Part shown: one piece after another, positions 9,801 to 19,503 of the stretch
Numbering within the stretch: the stretch's first letter is position 1
Layout: each line of letters opens with the position of its first letter
Assembly: GCA_963663165.1 (NCBI GenBank)
Contig: OY760175.1
Location: forward strand, 5,696,001 to 5,760,000
DNA: 64,000 nt
DNA from: an uncultured Desulfospira sp.
GTDB lineage: Bacteria; Desulfobacterota; Desulfobacteria; Desulfobacterales; Desulfobacteraceae
Direction: 5' to 3'
Made by a program: the position numbers and the translations under genes
The notes under the pieces: model-generated
What the model was told of the DNA's origin: nothing
The model's input: the letters and a program-made list of their open reading frames with translations, nothing else
The model's database searches: none

Positions 9801-11624
9801 ATGAAATTCTCACTTGCCTTGCTCGCCTTTGCCATCGGTGTAATTTTCTTTTGCTTCTCAGCCGGTGCTGACCCTGTGGTCGTTCAGTTTCCGTCCTCAG
9901 ATCAAACCGCAGCCCGGGATTCCGACGGACAACGGGTTATTGTTATGTTAAAAGAAACCCCTGAGATCACATCTGCCAGGGCCGCCGGCCGGCTTGGTAA
10001 TCCCGTCGGCAGAAAACAGCAGAAAAACCGGGTTAAGGCTCTTCAGGACCAGGTGCTCGACAAGATTCCCGAGAACCGGGTTCAGATGATTCACCGGTTT
10101 TCATTTGCCCCGGCCTTTGCCGCAACCATCACGGCCGAAGGGATTGAACAGCTAAACGCCATGGAAGATGTCGTTTGCGTTGAAAAGGACCGTGTTGTCC
10201 ACGCCCATACCACCCAGGGCCTGGCTGTCATGAATACCGGTGAGGTCCGGCCGGCTTATTCGGGCCGCGGCGTATCCATTGCCGTTATAGATACGGGGAT
10301 TGATTATACCCATCCCGCGTTAGGGGGCGGCACCTTTCCCAATGACAAGGTTATCGGGGGGTATGATTACGGGAATGGGGATGACGACCCTATGGATGAG
10401 CACGGACATGGCACAAGCTGCGCCGGAATTGCTGCAGGAGATGTCGTGGAGAATGGGGATTATGCCGGCGGTGTGGCCCCGGGGGCAAAGCTGTATGCTT
10501 TGAAAATTACCCAGAATAGCGGTAACAGTTCCAATGATTCCACCATCATTGATGCCATTGAGTGGTGTATTACCCATAAAGACGATGATGGGGATTATCC
10601 CATTAAAATCATCAGCATCAGTTTTGGCGGATATGCTTACAGCAGCGCCTGTGACGATATATACGGGGGTCTTTATGCCGCAGCAGCAGCCGATGCGGTA
10701 TCTGCCGGCATTACCGTATTTGCCTCTTCCGGCAATGACGGGTATTGCGACGCCATTGCCGCCCCGGCCTGCCTTTCAGACATTATTTCTGTGGGGGCTG
10801 TGTTTGATGCCGATATCGGCGGGGTGGGGTTTTGCGTGGATTCCGGTTCCTGCGCCGATAACATGGAAGACTACAGCAGCTGCAATACCGGCACTGTGGC
10901 CTGGGCTTACTCAACCGGTGCTGATATGGCGGCACCTTATACCAACATGTCCGACGATCTGGATATTCTGGCCCCAAGCCACAATGCCGCCACGCCAGAC
11001 ACGACCGGTACCAGCGGAAATTATACGGACGAAGCCTATGAAAGCGACTTCGGCGGCACTTCGGCGGCTTGCCCCTATGCCGCCGGCGTGGCCGCAGTCA
11101 TGCAAAGCGCCATGGTCACCGCTCATGGGGAATTCTTAACCCCGGGGCAGATTAAAACCAGAATGACCGGGGCCGGTGAATCCATTGACTACAGTGCCGC
11201 CGATCTCACCAAACCCAGGGCAGATCTGGGCAATACCGACATTGATGGCGACGGGCTGCCCTGTGAATGGGAAATTGCTTATATGGATACCATTGGAAAC
11301 GATGCCGATACGGATATTGATGAAGACGGGCTCACCCAGCTCGAAGAATACAGCAGCGGCACCGACCCGTCAGCGGTGGACACCGATGAGGACGGGATGC
11401 CCGACGGGTGGGAGGTGGACAACGGCCTTGACCCCCTCACCGATGACAGTAATGAAGACCCGGATACGGATTCCTATACCAATATCCAGGAATACCTGGC
11501 CGGAACCGATCCTGCAGACGGTTCGGATTATCCGGTCCCGGTTCCTGCAAGCAATTACCTGCTTTTGGCGTTATCTTTTATGTTTTTAGTGTTTATAGGG
11601 GGTAAGTTGGGAAGAAATGCCTGA
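9801..11624 (+). CDS. secreted S8 (subtilisin-like) serine protease with Ca-binding DxDxDG repeats and C-terminal membrane anchor
   Basis: Signal peptide, prodomain, catalytic triad IDTG / HGHGTSCAG / GTSAACP; DIDGDG, DIDEDG and DTDEDG repeats; terminal PVPVPA + TM + basic tail. Confidence 0.9.
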   Translation: MKFSLALLAFAIGVIFFCFSAGADPVVVQFPSSDQTAARDSDGQRVIVMLKETPEITSARAAGRLGNPVGRKQQKNRVKALQDQVLDKIPENRVQMIHRFSFAPAFAATITAEGIEQLNAMEDVVCVEKDRVVHAHTTQGLAVMNTGEVRPAYSGRGVSIAVIDTGIDYTHPALGGGTFPNDKVIGGYDYGNGDDDPMDEHGHGTSCAGIAAGDVVENGDYAGGVAPGAKLYALKITQNSGNSSNDSTIIDAIEWCITHKDDDGDYPIKIISISFGGYAYSSACDDIYGGLYAAAAADAVSAGITVFASSGNDGYCDAIAAPACLSDIISVGAVFDADIGGVGFCVDSGSCADNMEDYSSCNTGTVAWAYSTGADMAAPYTNMSDDLDILAPSHNAATPDTTGTSGNYTDEAYESDFGGTSAACPYAAGVAAVMQSAMVTAHGEFLTPGQIKTRMTGAGESIDYSAADLTKPRADLGNTDIDGDGLPCEWEIAYMDTIGNDADTDIDEDGLTQLEEYSSGTDPSAVDTDEDGMPDGWEVDNGLDPLTDDSNEDPDTDSYTNIQEYLAGTDPADGSDYPVPVPASNYLLLALSFMFLVFIGGKLGRNA

Positions 11625-11746
11625 AGAATAATTAATTTGCAAATAGTATTGACCGGAAATAGCCGCTGGATTATGGTGGTTCTGTTGGCTGTTGGCAGGC
11701 TGGCGAAATCCAAAACCTAAACGCTAAAACCATCGGATTCCGGGAT

Positions 11747-12769
11747 TTGATCTATTACCTCAAAATATTGCTTCGCCTCAGTTTCAAGCGCAGGGGGATT
11801 CTTCTGGTTGCGGCCTATTTCCTGATGCTGATGGTGTCCAGTACACTGATCCGCCTTGTGGAGCCCGGGCCAGGCGGGTTGAGTGAATTTGATCAGGCCC
11901 TGTGGTGGAGCATTGTCACCACCACCACAGTGGGATATGGCGATCTGTATCCGTCCACCAATGCGGGGAAGGTCATTGCCGTAATCCTGCCCATGTTCAT
12001 GGGAATCGGCCTGGGTGCCGCCTTTATCACCCATATTGCCTCATCGCTGATTGAAAGGAGAGACAAAAAAATGCATGGAGAAAAACCGTACACCGGCAGC
12101 GGCCATATCGTGATTGCCGGCCTTACGGCTGAAACCGGGCAGCTGATCAACGAAATTCTCAACGATGATGCCGGGGATGAGCGAGACATTGTCCTGATTG
12201 CCGATGCGAATCGCCATCCCTTTTCTGAGTTCGAAACCGTCTTTTTTATTAAAGGCCGTCCGGACGGGCTGGATGCTCTCAAAAAGGCAGGCATATCCAA
12301 TGCATCCCGGGTGGCCATTCACACCGGGTCTGACGAAGAAACCCTGTTTGCCCTGGTCAATGCCCTGAAACTCAAGAATGAAACATGTGAGGTCACGGTA
12401 CGGTGCATTTCCAGCCAGTCCCTGGATACCTTTTCCAGTGTGCCCGGCGATTTTCAGATCATCATGCAGATGACCGCAGAGATGATGGTTCAGGCCATGC
12501 AGGATAAAGTTCATCTGCCCTTGCAGATTCTGCTCAAAAACAATGAGGCCGAAGAAATTTATTATCTGCCGGTACCGGACCGGGCTGACCATAGTCCCTG
12601 GTGGCACCTGCATGAATATTTTAAAAGCACTTACGATTACCTGACCTTTGCTCTGCACACCAGCAAGGGAGAGGTCCGGGTCAACCCATCCAAAGACCGG
12701 ATGGTTTCTCCCAAAGATGCGGTCTGGCTTCTGGCCAACAGGCGGCCTGTCCATGTGAAATGGCCTTAA
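11747..12769 (+). CDS. potassium channel protein (2-TM pore plus RCK domain)
   Basis: Selectivity filter TTVGYGD; HIVIAG RCK-like domain. Confidence 0.9.
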   Translation: MIYYLKILLRLSFKRRGILLVAAYFLMLMVSSTLIRLVEPGPGGLSEFDQALWWSIVTTTTVGYGDLYPSTNAGKVIAVILPMFMGIGLGAAFITHIASSLIERRDKKMHGEKPYTGSGHIVIAGLTAETGQLINEILNDDAGDERDIVLIADANRHPFSEFETVFFIKGRPDGLDALKKAGISNASRVAIHTGSDEETLFALVNALKLKNETCEVTVRCISSQSLDTFSSVPGDFQIIMQMTAEMMVQAMQDKVHLPLQILLKNNEAEEIYYLPVPDRADHSPWWHLHEYFKSTYDYLTFALHTSKGEVRVNPSKDRMVSPKDAVWLLANRRPVHVKWP

Positions 12770-12885
12770 CGACGTTTGAACGCGGCAATGGCTGCCGCAG
12801 CCAAACTTCTGAGAGGCAATACCGATAAACCAGATTCTGCTGCAGGTCCTTTATCCGGGACATAAATAAAGATAAGGTCCTTTAC

Positions 12886-15054
12886 ATGAGCAAAACCTTG
12901 GCGGAAAAGCTGTCGGGAAAAGAAAAGATCCGTTTTAGGCTGTCCTTGAAGCTGCTGGTTTCTTTTCTGGTTATTTCCCTTTTGCCTTTAGGGGTGGTCC
13001 TGTACCTTAATGTTCACTCCACCAGAACCGCTCTTGAAACCGAGGCATATAAATCCCTTTTTGCTTCGGCATCACACAGCCGCTTGCTGCTCAGCGGTTT
13101 TATCCAGTCAAATTTGGGAATCATTTCTGCAGAATCCCGTCTTCCCGATATTGCCCGTTTTTTATCCTTGAGCCCTGAGAAGAAAAAAGAGCCGGCCGAG
13201 CAGGAACGGCTGTCACAGATGTTTTTGTCTCTTATGGTAAAAAACCGCCAGTTTTTGTCCTCTTATGCGCTCCTGGATATTAACGGGAAAATCGCATTTG
13301 ATTCTGATTCAGGCCGTATCGGATCGGATTTATCCGACCGGTCCTATTTTAAGCAGGCCCTGGAAACCGGAATGCCATATGGTTCCGATGTGGAATTTGA
13401 TCAGCAGACCGGCAAGGCATTTATTTATTTCAGCAGCCCGGTCCAGGATGAAGACGGCCGGTTTACCGGTGTGCTGCGCACCCGGTACGGGGCCGCCGTT
13501 ATTCAGCAGCTGGTTAGCGACAATACAGGCCTGCTTGGGCCAAAGTCCTTTGCCATGGTGGTGAGCTCTCATAATTTGATTCTGGCAAGCGGTTTATTCT
13601 CCTATGGCAAGGCCACTGAAATTATATTTACCCCCATCATGGAAATCCCTGATGATCAGCTCAAACAAATGCAGGAAGAACGCCTGATTCCACCCCGGCC
13701 AAAAGGCGGGCTCGGTCCTGAATTCACGGATTTTCAGCAGGGCATTCTTAATGCGGACAACCGCAACCGGTATTTTACCGGCACCGTTCCCCATGCCGGG
13801 GATGAGGGGTTTGCCGCAGCCGTCATTTCTCTGGACGATGTGGGGTGGCGGGTTGCCTTTTTTCAGCCAAAGAAGGCCTTTTTGGCCCCGGCCAATCAGC
13901 AGCAAACACAGATGCTGTTTCTGGGCGGTATCATTATTGCTTTTGTGAGCTCCGCTGCCTTGTGGTGGGCCAGGTATCTTTCCCGCCCCATTCTGGAACT
14001 TACCGGTATTGTCGGTCAAATTGCCCGGTTAGGGTTTTCAGCGGTTCAGGTTTCTTCCAATGAAGATGACCTCGGTCGTAACGAGCAGCCGCTTTTAAAA
14101 CGTCCGGAAAAGCGGTTTGTGAATCTGGAACGATTTTTTTCATACCGGTTCTGGCATTCTTTTTTTCAGGAATCTGGCGGGGTGGCCGAGGCAGCCGATT
14201 CCAAGGATTCAGACCCCGGTCAAAAGCCGTTGCTTGAAATTAAAAAGACAACCAGAGAGGATGAGATCGGTGTCCTTTATAACGGGTTTGTGGACATGAT
14301 CCAGCACATAAAGACCAAGGACAAAGAAAGTGAAAGCCTGCATACAGAGCTCAAAGCCAATGTGTCCCATTTTCATGACTTGTTTTTAGCCCTTCAGACG
14401 GCCGTTGACACGAAAACTTTTTCCTACAGAATAGACCCTTTGAACGATGAGGATGATCTGTGTGATTCCCTGAATAAAGTGCTTGAGGCCCTTGAACAGG
14501 CTGATGCGGCATCAAAAAAACAGAACTGGCTGAAAAACGGACAGGCTGAGTTGAGCAACGTGATTGGCGGAGACCAGAACATCAGAACCCTTTGTGCTAA
14601 AGCCCTTAAATTCATCGCCTCTTATACCGGTGCGCTCATTGGTACCATTTTTGTTTTTGACGAATCCAAGGATGAATTTTATCTTGCCGCAGGGTATGCA
14701 CTGAAGGGGGGAAACCGGTTTTCCGGAAAATTTAAAGAAGGCGAAGGCCTTTCCGGCCAGGCGGCCCTACAGCGAAAAATCATTCTGGTGGATGACGTCC
14801 CGGACGATTACATTCATCTGGACTCTTCTTTGATTTGCGGAGCCCCTAAGGCCATTGCCGCCATTCCCCTTGTATTTGAAGACCAGGTCAAAGGGGTCCT
14901 TGAATTGGGGGCCTTGAATCGCTTTTCACAGGCCCAGGTTGAATTTTTCGAATCTGTTGCCGCCACACTGGCCGCTTCCGTTAATGCGGCCATGTTTCAT
15001 CATAAGCTCAAGCGTCTGCTCGGCCAGGCCGGCCGGCATGGTGCCTTTTCTTGA
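12886..15054 (+). CDS. Cache/HAMP/GAF membrane sensor with no output domain (possibly truncated)
   Basis: Two TMs around a Cache domain (DLSDRSYFKQA), HAMP (REDEIGVL), GAF (GEGLSGQAA..VKGVLELG); no H-box follows. Confidence 0.7.
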   Translation: MSKTLAEKLSGKEKIRFRLSLKLLVSFLVISLLPLGVVLYLNVHSTRTALETEAYKSLFASASHSRLLLSGFIQSNLGIISAESRLPDIARFLSLSPEKKKEPAEQERLSQMFLSLMVKNRQFLSSYALLDINGKIAFDSDSGRIGSDLSDRSYFKQALETGMPYGSDVEFDQQTGKAFIYFSSPVQDEDGRFTGVLRTRYGAAVIQQLVSDNTGLLGPKSFAMVVSSHNLILASGLFSYGKATEIIFTPIMEIPDDQLKQMQEERLIPPRPKGGLGPEFTDFQQGILNADNRNRYFTGTVPHAGDEGFAAAVISLDDVGWRVAFFQPKKAFLAPANQQQTQMLFLGGIIIAFVSSAALWWARYLSRPILELTGIVGQIARLGFSAVQVSSNEDDLGRNEQPLLKRPEKRFVNLERFFSYRFWHSFFQESGGVAEAADSKDSDPGQKPLLEIKKTTREDEIGVLYNGFVDMIQHIKTKDKESESLHTELKANVSHFHDLFLALQTAVDTKTFSYRIDPLNDEDDLCDSLNKVLEALEQADAASKKQNWLKNGQAELSNVIGGDQNIRTLCAKALKFIASYTGALIGTIFVFDESKDEFYLAAGYALKGGNRFSGKFKEGEGLSGQAALQRKIILVDDVPDDYIHLDSSLICGAPKAIAAIPLVFEDQVKGVLELGALNRFSQAQVEFFESVAATLAASVNAAMFHHKLKRLLGQAGRHGAFS

Positions 15055-15332
15055 GTTTGGCCTGCGCCAATCCATCGCAGGGTAGCTGAGCTGCCCACAG
15101 TTTGATGCCTGTAAGCATAATGTATAAAATTGGGACTTGGGATATGGGACTTGGGACTTGGGGAGGCCGTGGATACTGCAATCCCCAAGTCCCATATCCC
15201 AAGTCCATTTTTTTGGAGATCAACCCGATTTCTCAAGGTGATGATGCATTGTATTAAGTGTCATATACTGATATAAAACGTTGCGTAAGTGATGGGGAAA
15301 AGCAAGAACGCATATACGGGCAGGAGAAGCGC

Positions 15333-15962
15333 TTGGCTGGAACAGGAAAATTTATTGTAATTGAGGGCATCGACGGGTCCGGGAAATCCACCCAGGTGGA
15401 CCGCCTTTACCATCGCCTTCAAAAAGAAAATCCGGACGTGGTGTCCACTTTTGAGCCCAGTGACGGGGTGGTGGGCAGGTTAATCCGGGACATGCTCAAC
15501 GGAAGCATTGCGGTAGACCAGCGGACCCTGGCCGCCCTGTTTGCCGCAGACCGGACCGACCATCTGCTGGCACCGGGAAACGGCGTTAAGGCCATGGTTG
15601 ACCAGGGCCGGGTGGTACTTTGCGACCGGTACTATTTTTCTTCCTATGCCTATCATGCCCGGTATATGGATATGGACCAGGTCATTCAAATGAATGCCCA
15701 TAATGCGCAAATTTTGACGCCTGACCTGAATATCTTTATTGACGTGGCCCCTGAGGTCTGTCTGGAGCGAATCAGATCCAGCCGTTCTTCTTTTGACATA
15801 TATGAAAAGATTGAGGTATTGAAAGCGGTTAGGGAAAATTATCTGTTGGCTTTTGAACGGCTTAAAGATAAAGAACATATAATTGTAATCAACGGGAATG
15901 ATTCTTTGGATGCGGTGGAAAGAAGCATTTACCAAAAGGTGAGAGGGCTGCTGCAAGGCTAG
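15333..15962 (+). CDS. tmk: thymidylate kinase
   Basis: FIVIEGIDGSGKST, FEP, LFAADR, CDRYYFSS; TTG start after AGGAG. Confidence 0.95.
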   Translation: MAGTGKFIVIEGIDGSGKSTQVDRLYHRLQKENPDVVSTFEPSDGVVGRLIRDMLNGSIAVDQRTLAALFAADRTDHLLAPGNGVKAMVDQGRVVLCDRYYFSSYAYHARYMDMDQVIQMNAHNAQILTPDLNIFIDVAPEVCLERIRSSRSSFDIYEKIEVLKAVRENYLLAFERLKDKEHIIVINGNDSLDAVERSIYQKVRGLLQG

Positions 15963-16394
15963 TTGGAAAACATCATGGAAAAGGGAAATAAAATTTGCGT
16001 CATTGACGGCCAGGGCGGGGGAATCGGTGCAGTGGTCATTAAAAAACTCAAAGAGACCTTTGGGGAGAGGATCGAAGTGATTGCCTTGGGGACCAATGCC
16101 ATTGCTACAGCCCAGATGCTCAAGGCCCGGGCCAACCGGGGCGCCTCAGGGTCCAACGCCATTATTCAGACGGTTAAAAAAGTCCAGGTGATTATTGGCT
16201 CCGTAGGCATCATTATGCCCCACGCCATGATGGGTGAGGTCACCCGCGATATGGCCGAGGCGGTCTGCCTGTCTGACGCCAAAAAACTGTTGATCCCCCT
16301 AAGCCAGGAAAACATCAGTATTGTGGGATTGACGGGCTTGCCCCTTCCTCAGCTGGTGGATGAGCTTATAGAAACCCACTTAAAAGATATCTAA
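15963..16394 (+). CDS. DUF3842-family protein
   Basis: ICVIDGQGGGIG, ALGTNAIAT and GASGSNA motifs; start may be ATG 15975. Confidence 0.8.
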   Translation: MENIMEKGNKICVIDGQGGGIGAVVIKKLKETFGERIEVIALGTNAIATAQMLKARANRGASGSNAIIQTVKKVQVIIGSVGIIMPHAMMGEVTRDMAEAVCLSDAKKLLIPLSQENISIVGLTGLPLPQLVDELIETHLKDI

Positions 16395-16454
16395 TGTTTG
16401 AACGAGACGTCACCCATCTGCTGTGTTGCAGCCGGGTGACTTTTCGTCCAGACC
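16395..16454 (-). repeat. truncated copy of the hairpin element at 27724
   Basis: TGTTTGAACGA..CCCATCTGCTGTGTTG is a near reverse complement of the 3' arm of 27724-27868. Confidence 0.65.
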
Positions 16455-16616
16455 AAGGTTCCCGTTCAGGTATGAGAAAAAAAATAATTGAAAAGTTAGA
16501 GCTATTTCCTAAGAAATGATTATAATATGCCCATAGTAATACAAGGCTAAAATCGGCGGGTTTTGGCGTCCGGACTTAAGGCCTGCCGGCAAGGAAGATA
16601 TAAAAGGAGTCACCCC

Positions 16617-16808
16617 ATGTGTGAAGCAAATGCGTACGTAATGGAAGACGGCAAAGAGACCCTTGTCATGGAAGCCGTGGACAATGTGGAACCCGATGAG
16701 GACGGCATCCGCCTGGTCTCTATTTTTGGAGAACAAAAATTTATCAGGGGGCATATCCACTCCCTGTCACTGGTGAACCACAAAATTTTCATCAAAACAG
16801 ATAACTAG
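16617..16808 (+). CDS. cooT: CooT-family nickel-binding protein
   Basis: MCEANAY start, SIFGEQK, HKI end; AGGAG RBS. Confidence 0.85.
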   Translation: MCEANAYVMEDGKETLVMEAVDNVEPDEDGIRLVSIFGEQKFIRGHIHSLSLVNHKIFIKTDN

Positions 16809-16892
16809 GCAGGAAACAAGAAACAGGAAACAAGAGGGGCAAGATTTCTGATGTCCACCTCTAGTTTCTTGTTTCTAGTCTCTATTTTCTTG

Positions 16893-18296
16893 TTACCATC
16901 CCATGGTCAGGTAATCATGCATGGAGTTGGCCGCAGCCCGGCCCGCACCCATGGCCAGGATAACCGTGGCAGCCCCCGTGACAATGTCACCGCCGGCCCA
17001 TACGCCTTTTTTGGAGGTCTTTCCGGTAACCGGGTCAGCAACAATATTGCCCCATTTATTTAGGGCAAGGTCCGGGGTGGTGTTGGTGAGCAGCGGGTTG
17101 GCATTGGAACCCACGGAAACCACTACCAGGTCCGTGTCAATTCTGAATTCAGACCCTTCAATGGGAACCGGACGCCGTCTGCCTGAGGCATCGGGTTCGC
17201 CCAATTCCATTTTCAGGCATTCCATTCCCACAACCCGGCCCTCGTCATTGCCAAAGAACTGGGTGGGGTTGGTCAACAGGACAAACTCTATTTTTTCCTG
17301 TTCCGCATGGTGAAGCTCTTCGTTCCTGGCGGGCATTTCCTCCCTGGAACGGCGGTAAACCACTTTGACGGATTCAGCCCCGAGCCGCATGGCGGTTCTG
17401 GCCGAGTCCATGGCCACGTTGCCGGCCCCAAGGACCACTACGTTTTTGCCCCGGGCAATGGGGGTGTCGTATTCCGGGAAAAGATACCCTTTCATGAGGT
17501 TGGTCCGGGTCAGATACTCGTTGGCCGAATAAATGCCGATCAGGTTTTCCCCGGGCAGGCTCATGAACCTGGGAAGTCCTGCACCCACACCGATATAGGC
17601 GGCGCTGTATCCTTCTTCAAACAGCTCGTCAATGGTCACCGAGGCCCCGACCACGGAGTTACATTGAATGTCTGCGCCCATTTTTCTAAGGGTTTCAACT
17701 TCTGCGGCAACGATTTCCTTGGGCAGCCTGAATTCGGGGATACCATAAACCAGAACCCCGCCGGGTTTGTGAAAGGCTTCAAAAATGGTGACATCGTGGC
17801 CTTTGAGCAACAGGTCCCCGGCCACCGTAAGGCCGGAAGGCCCGGACCCGATGACTGCCACTTTTTTGCCGGTCTTGGCGGCTACTTCAGGGATCTCGCC
17901 GGCCCCGTTCTTGCGTGCATAATCGGCGGCAAATCTTTCAAGATACCCAATGGCAACGGGTTTGTCTTTTTTGCCGACAATACATTTGCCTTCACACTGT
18001 TCTTCCTGGGGACAGACCCGTCCGCATACCGCGGGCAGGGCATTTTTTTCCCACAGCTTTCTGGCGGCCCCGGCAAAATCCCTTTCAGCAATACATTTAA
18101 TGAATTCGGGGATTTTTACGGAAACCGGGCATCCCTGCATACAGGCGGGATTTTTGCACTGAAGGCATCTGGATGCCTCCTGCACAGCCATTTCTTCGGT
18201 CAGTCCCAAAGGAACTTCTATAAAATTGCGTCTTCTGACATCCGGGTCCTGCTCCGGCATGACGGCCCGGTCGATTTTTTCTTTTTTGCTTGCCAT
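16893..18296 (-). CDS. nfnB: NfnB-like large subunit of NADH-dependent reduced ferredoxin:NADP+ oxidoreductase (GltD-like)
   Basis: EASRCLQCKNPAC, CGRVCPQEEQCE, GSGPSG, GAGNVAMD; directly downstream of nfnA-like gene with no gltB nearby. Confidence 0.85.
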   Translation of the reverse strand: MASKKEKIDRAVMPEQDPDVRRRNFIEVPLGLTEEMAVQEASRCLQCKNPACMQGCPVSVKIPEFIKCIAERDFAGAARKLWEKNALPAVCGRVCPQEEQCEGKCIVGKKDKPVAIGYLERFAADYARKNGAGEIPEVAAKTGKKVAVIGSGPSGLTVAGDLLLKGHDVTIFEAFHKPGGVLVYGIPEFRLPKEIVAAEVETLRKMGADIQCNSVVGASVTIDELFEEGYSAAYIGVGAGLPRFMSLPGENLIGIYSANEYLTRTNLMKGYLFPEYDTPIARGKNVVVLGAGNVAMDSARTAMRLGAESVKVVYRRSREEMPARNEELHHAEQEKIEFVLLTNPTQFFGNDEGRVVGMECLKMELGEPDASGRRRPVPIEGSEFRIDTDLVVVSVGSNANPLLTNTTPDLALNKWGNIVADPVTGKTSKKGVWAGGDIVTGAATVILAMGAGRAAANSMHDYLTMGW

Positions 18297-18410
18297 TTAT
18301 ACCTCCATATGGTCACCCCTTTGGGGGGATATCATTTTTTTAGCTGTTAGCTATTAGCTTTTAGCCATTAGCCGTTGGCTTTCAACGTTCGTTGCGGCCG
18401 CTGGTCAATC

Positions 18411-19244
18411 TTAACTGGCCCGGCTTTTTTTAAAGGCTTCCATGCTCGTTTTTTCATCATCCAGATAGGATGCAAGCCGTTTGGCCAGTTCGTCAAAATC
18501 CACCTTGTGACCGTCAAATTCCGGGCCGTCAACACAGGCAAATTTGGTCTCGCCGCCCACAGAAACCCGGCAACAGCCACACATGCCCGTGCCGTCAACC
18601 ATGATGGGGTTGAGGCTGACAAAGGTCTTAACCCCTTTTTCCTTGGTGATGAGGCTGCAAAACTTCATCATGGGAATGGGGCCGATGGCCACGACTAAAC
18701 TGATATCCTCTTTTTCAATAACGTCCTTGAGCACATCTGTAACAAATCCGTGGTGTCCGTGGGAACCGTCATCGGTACAGATGTGAAGGGTGTTGGACGC
18801 TTTTTTCATCTTTTCTTCCATGATGAGCAGGTCATAGCTTCTGGCCCCGAGAATGGTGGTGACCTCGTTCCCGGCGTTCTTCAGGGCCCGGGTAATGGGG
18901 TGAAGCACGGCAATTCCGGTGCCGCCGCCCACGCAGACCACCTTGCCGAGTTTTTCAATGTGGGTGGGAGCGCCCAAGGGGCCGATCAGGGCAAAGTATT
19001 CATCTCCGACGGCAAGTTCGGCAAACCGGGCGGTTGATTTCCCTACCACCATATAAATAATGGTAATGGTCCCTTTTTCAGGATCGGTGTCGGCCATGGT
19101 TAACGGGATTCTTTCCCCGGTTTCGTCGGCCTGGAGAATCACAAACTGTCCGGGCTTGGCCTTCCGGGAGATACGGGGAGCTTCGATTTCATTCATCACA
19201 ATGGTCCCCTGGGCCATTTCCTCACGATTGATGATTTTTGTCAT
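18411..19244 (-). CDS. nfnA: NfnA-like small subunit (FAD/NAD-binding, 2Fe-2S)
   Basis: ERIPLT, GGGTG, DGTGMCGCCRV and CVDGPEFD motifs. Confidence 0.88.
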   Translation of the reverse strand: MTKIINREEMAQGTIVMNEIEAPRISRKAKPGQFVILQADETGERIPLTMADTDPEKGTITIIYMVVGKSTARFAELAVGDEYFALIGPLGAPTHIEKLGKVVCVGGGTGIAVLHPITRALKNAGNEVTTILGARSYDLLIMEEKMKKASNTLHICTDDGSHGHHGFVTDVLKDVIEKEDISLVVAIGPIPMMKFCSLITKEKGVKTFVSLNPIMVDGTGMCGCCRVSVGGETKFACVDGPEFDGHKVDFDELAKRLASYLDDEKTSMEAFKKSRAS

Positions 19245-19503
19245 TTATTCCTTCCTCCTAATGTCAGTAAATATATAAAATACAGCATCTGCGGCTGAAA
19301 AAGCTTTGTTTTGCCCGGGGTTACCGGAACAAGAAATCATGATAGTCAGAAAAGCTAATAAAATCAAGAAGAGAAGCGTGAAAACCTGCGGCGGGGAAAA
19401 AGCCGATAAAGCCTGTCCGGTTTTCAAACTTTCCAGGGCTTTGGCCAGCGGCCAGATCAATTTTTCTGGAAAGTTTGAAAACCACATTTAATTATCTTAA
19501 AAT

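Noticed and set aside
16893..18296. Glutamate synthase small subunit
   Set aside because: No large subunit is adjacent and the partner is NfnA-like, so NfnAB fits better.
17307..18350. Long antisense ORFs (e.g. 17307-18350, 5848-6837, 60352-61119)
   Set aside because: Shadows of well-supported genes on the opposite strand, with no motifs.
19245..19487. 80-aa ORF upstream of nfnA
   Set aside because: No clear RBS or motif; most likely promoter region.
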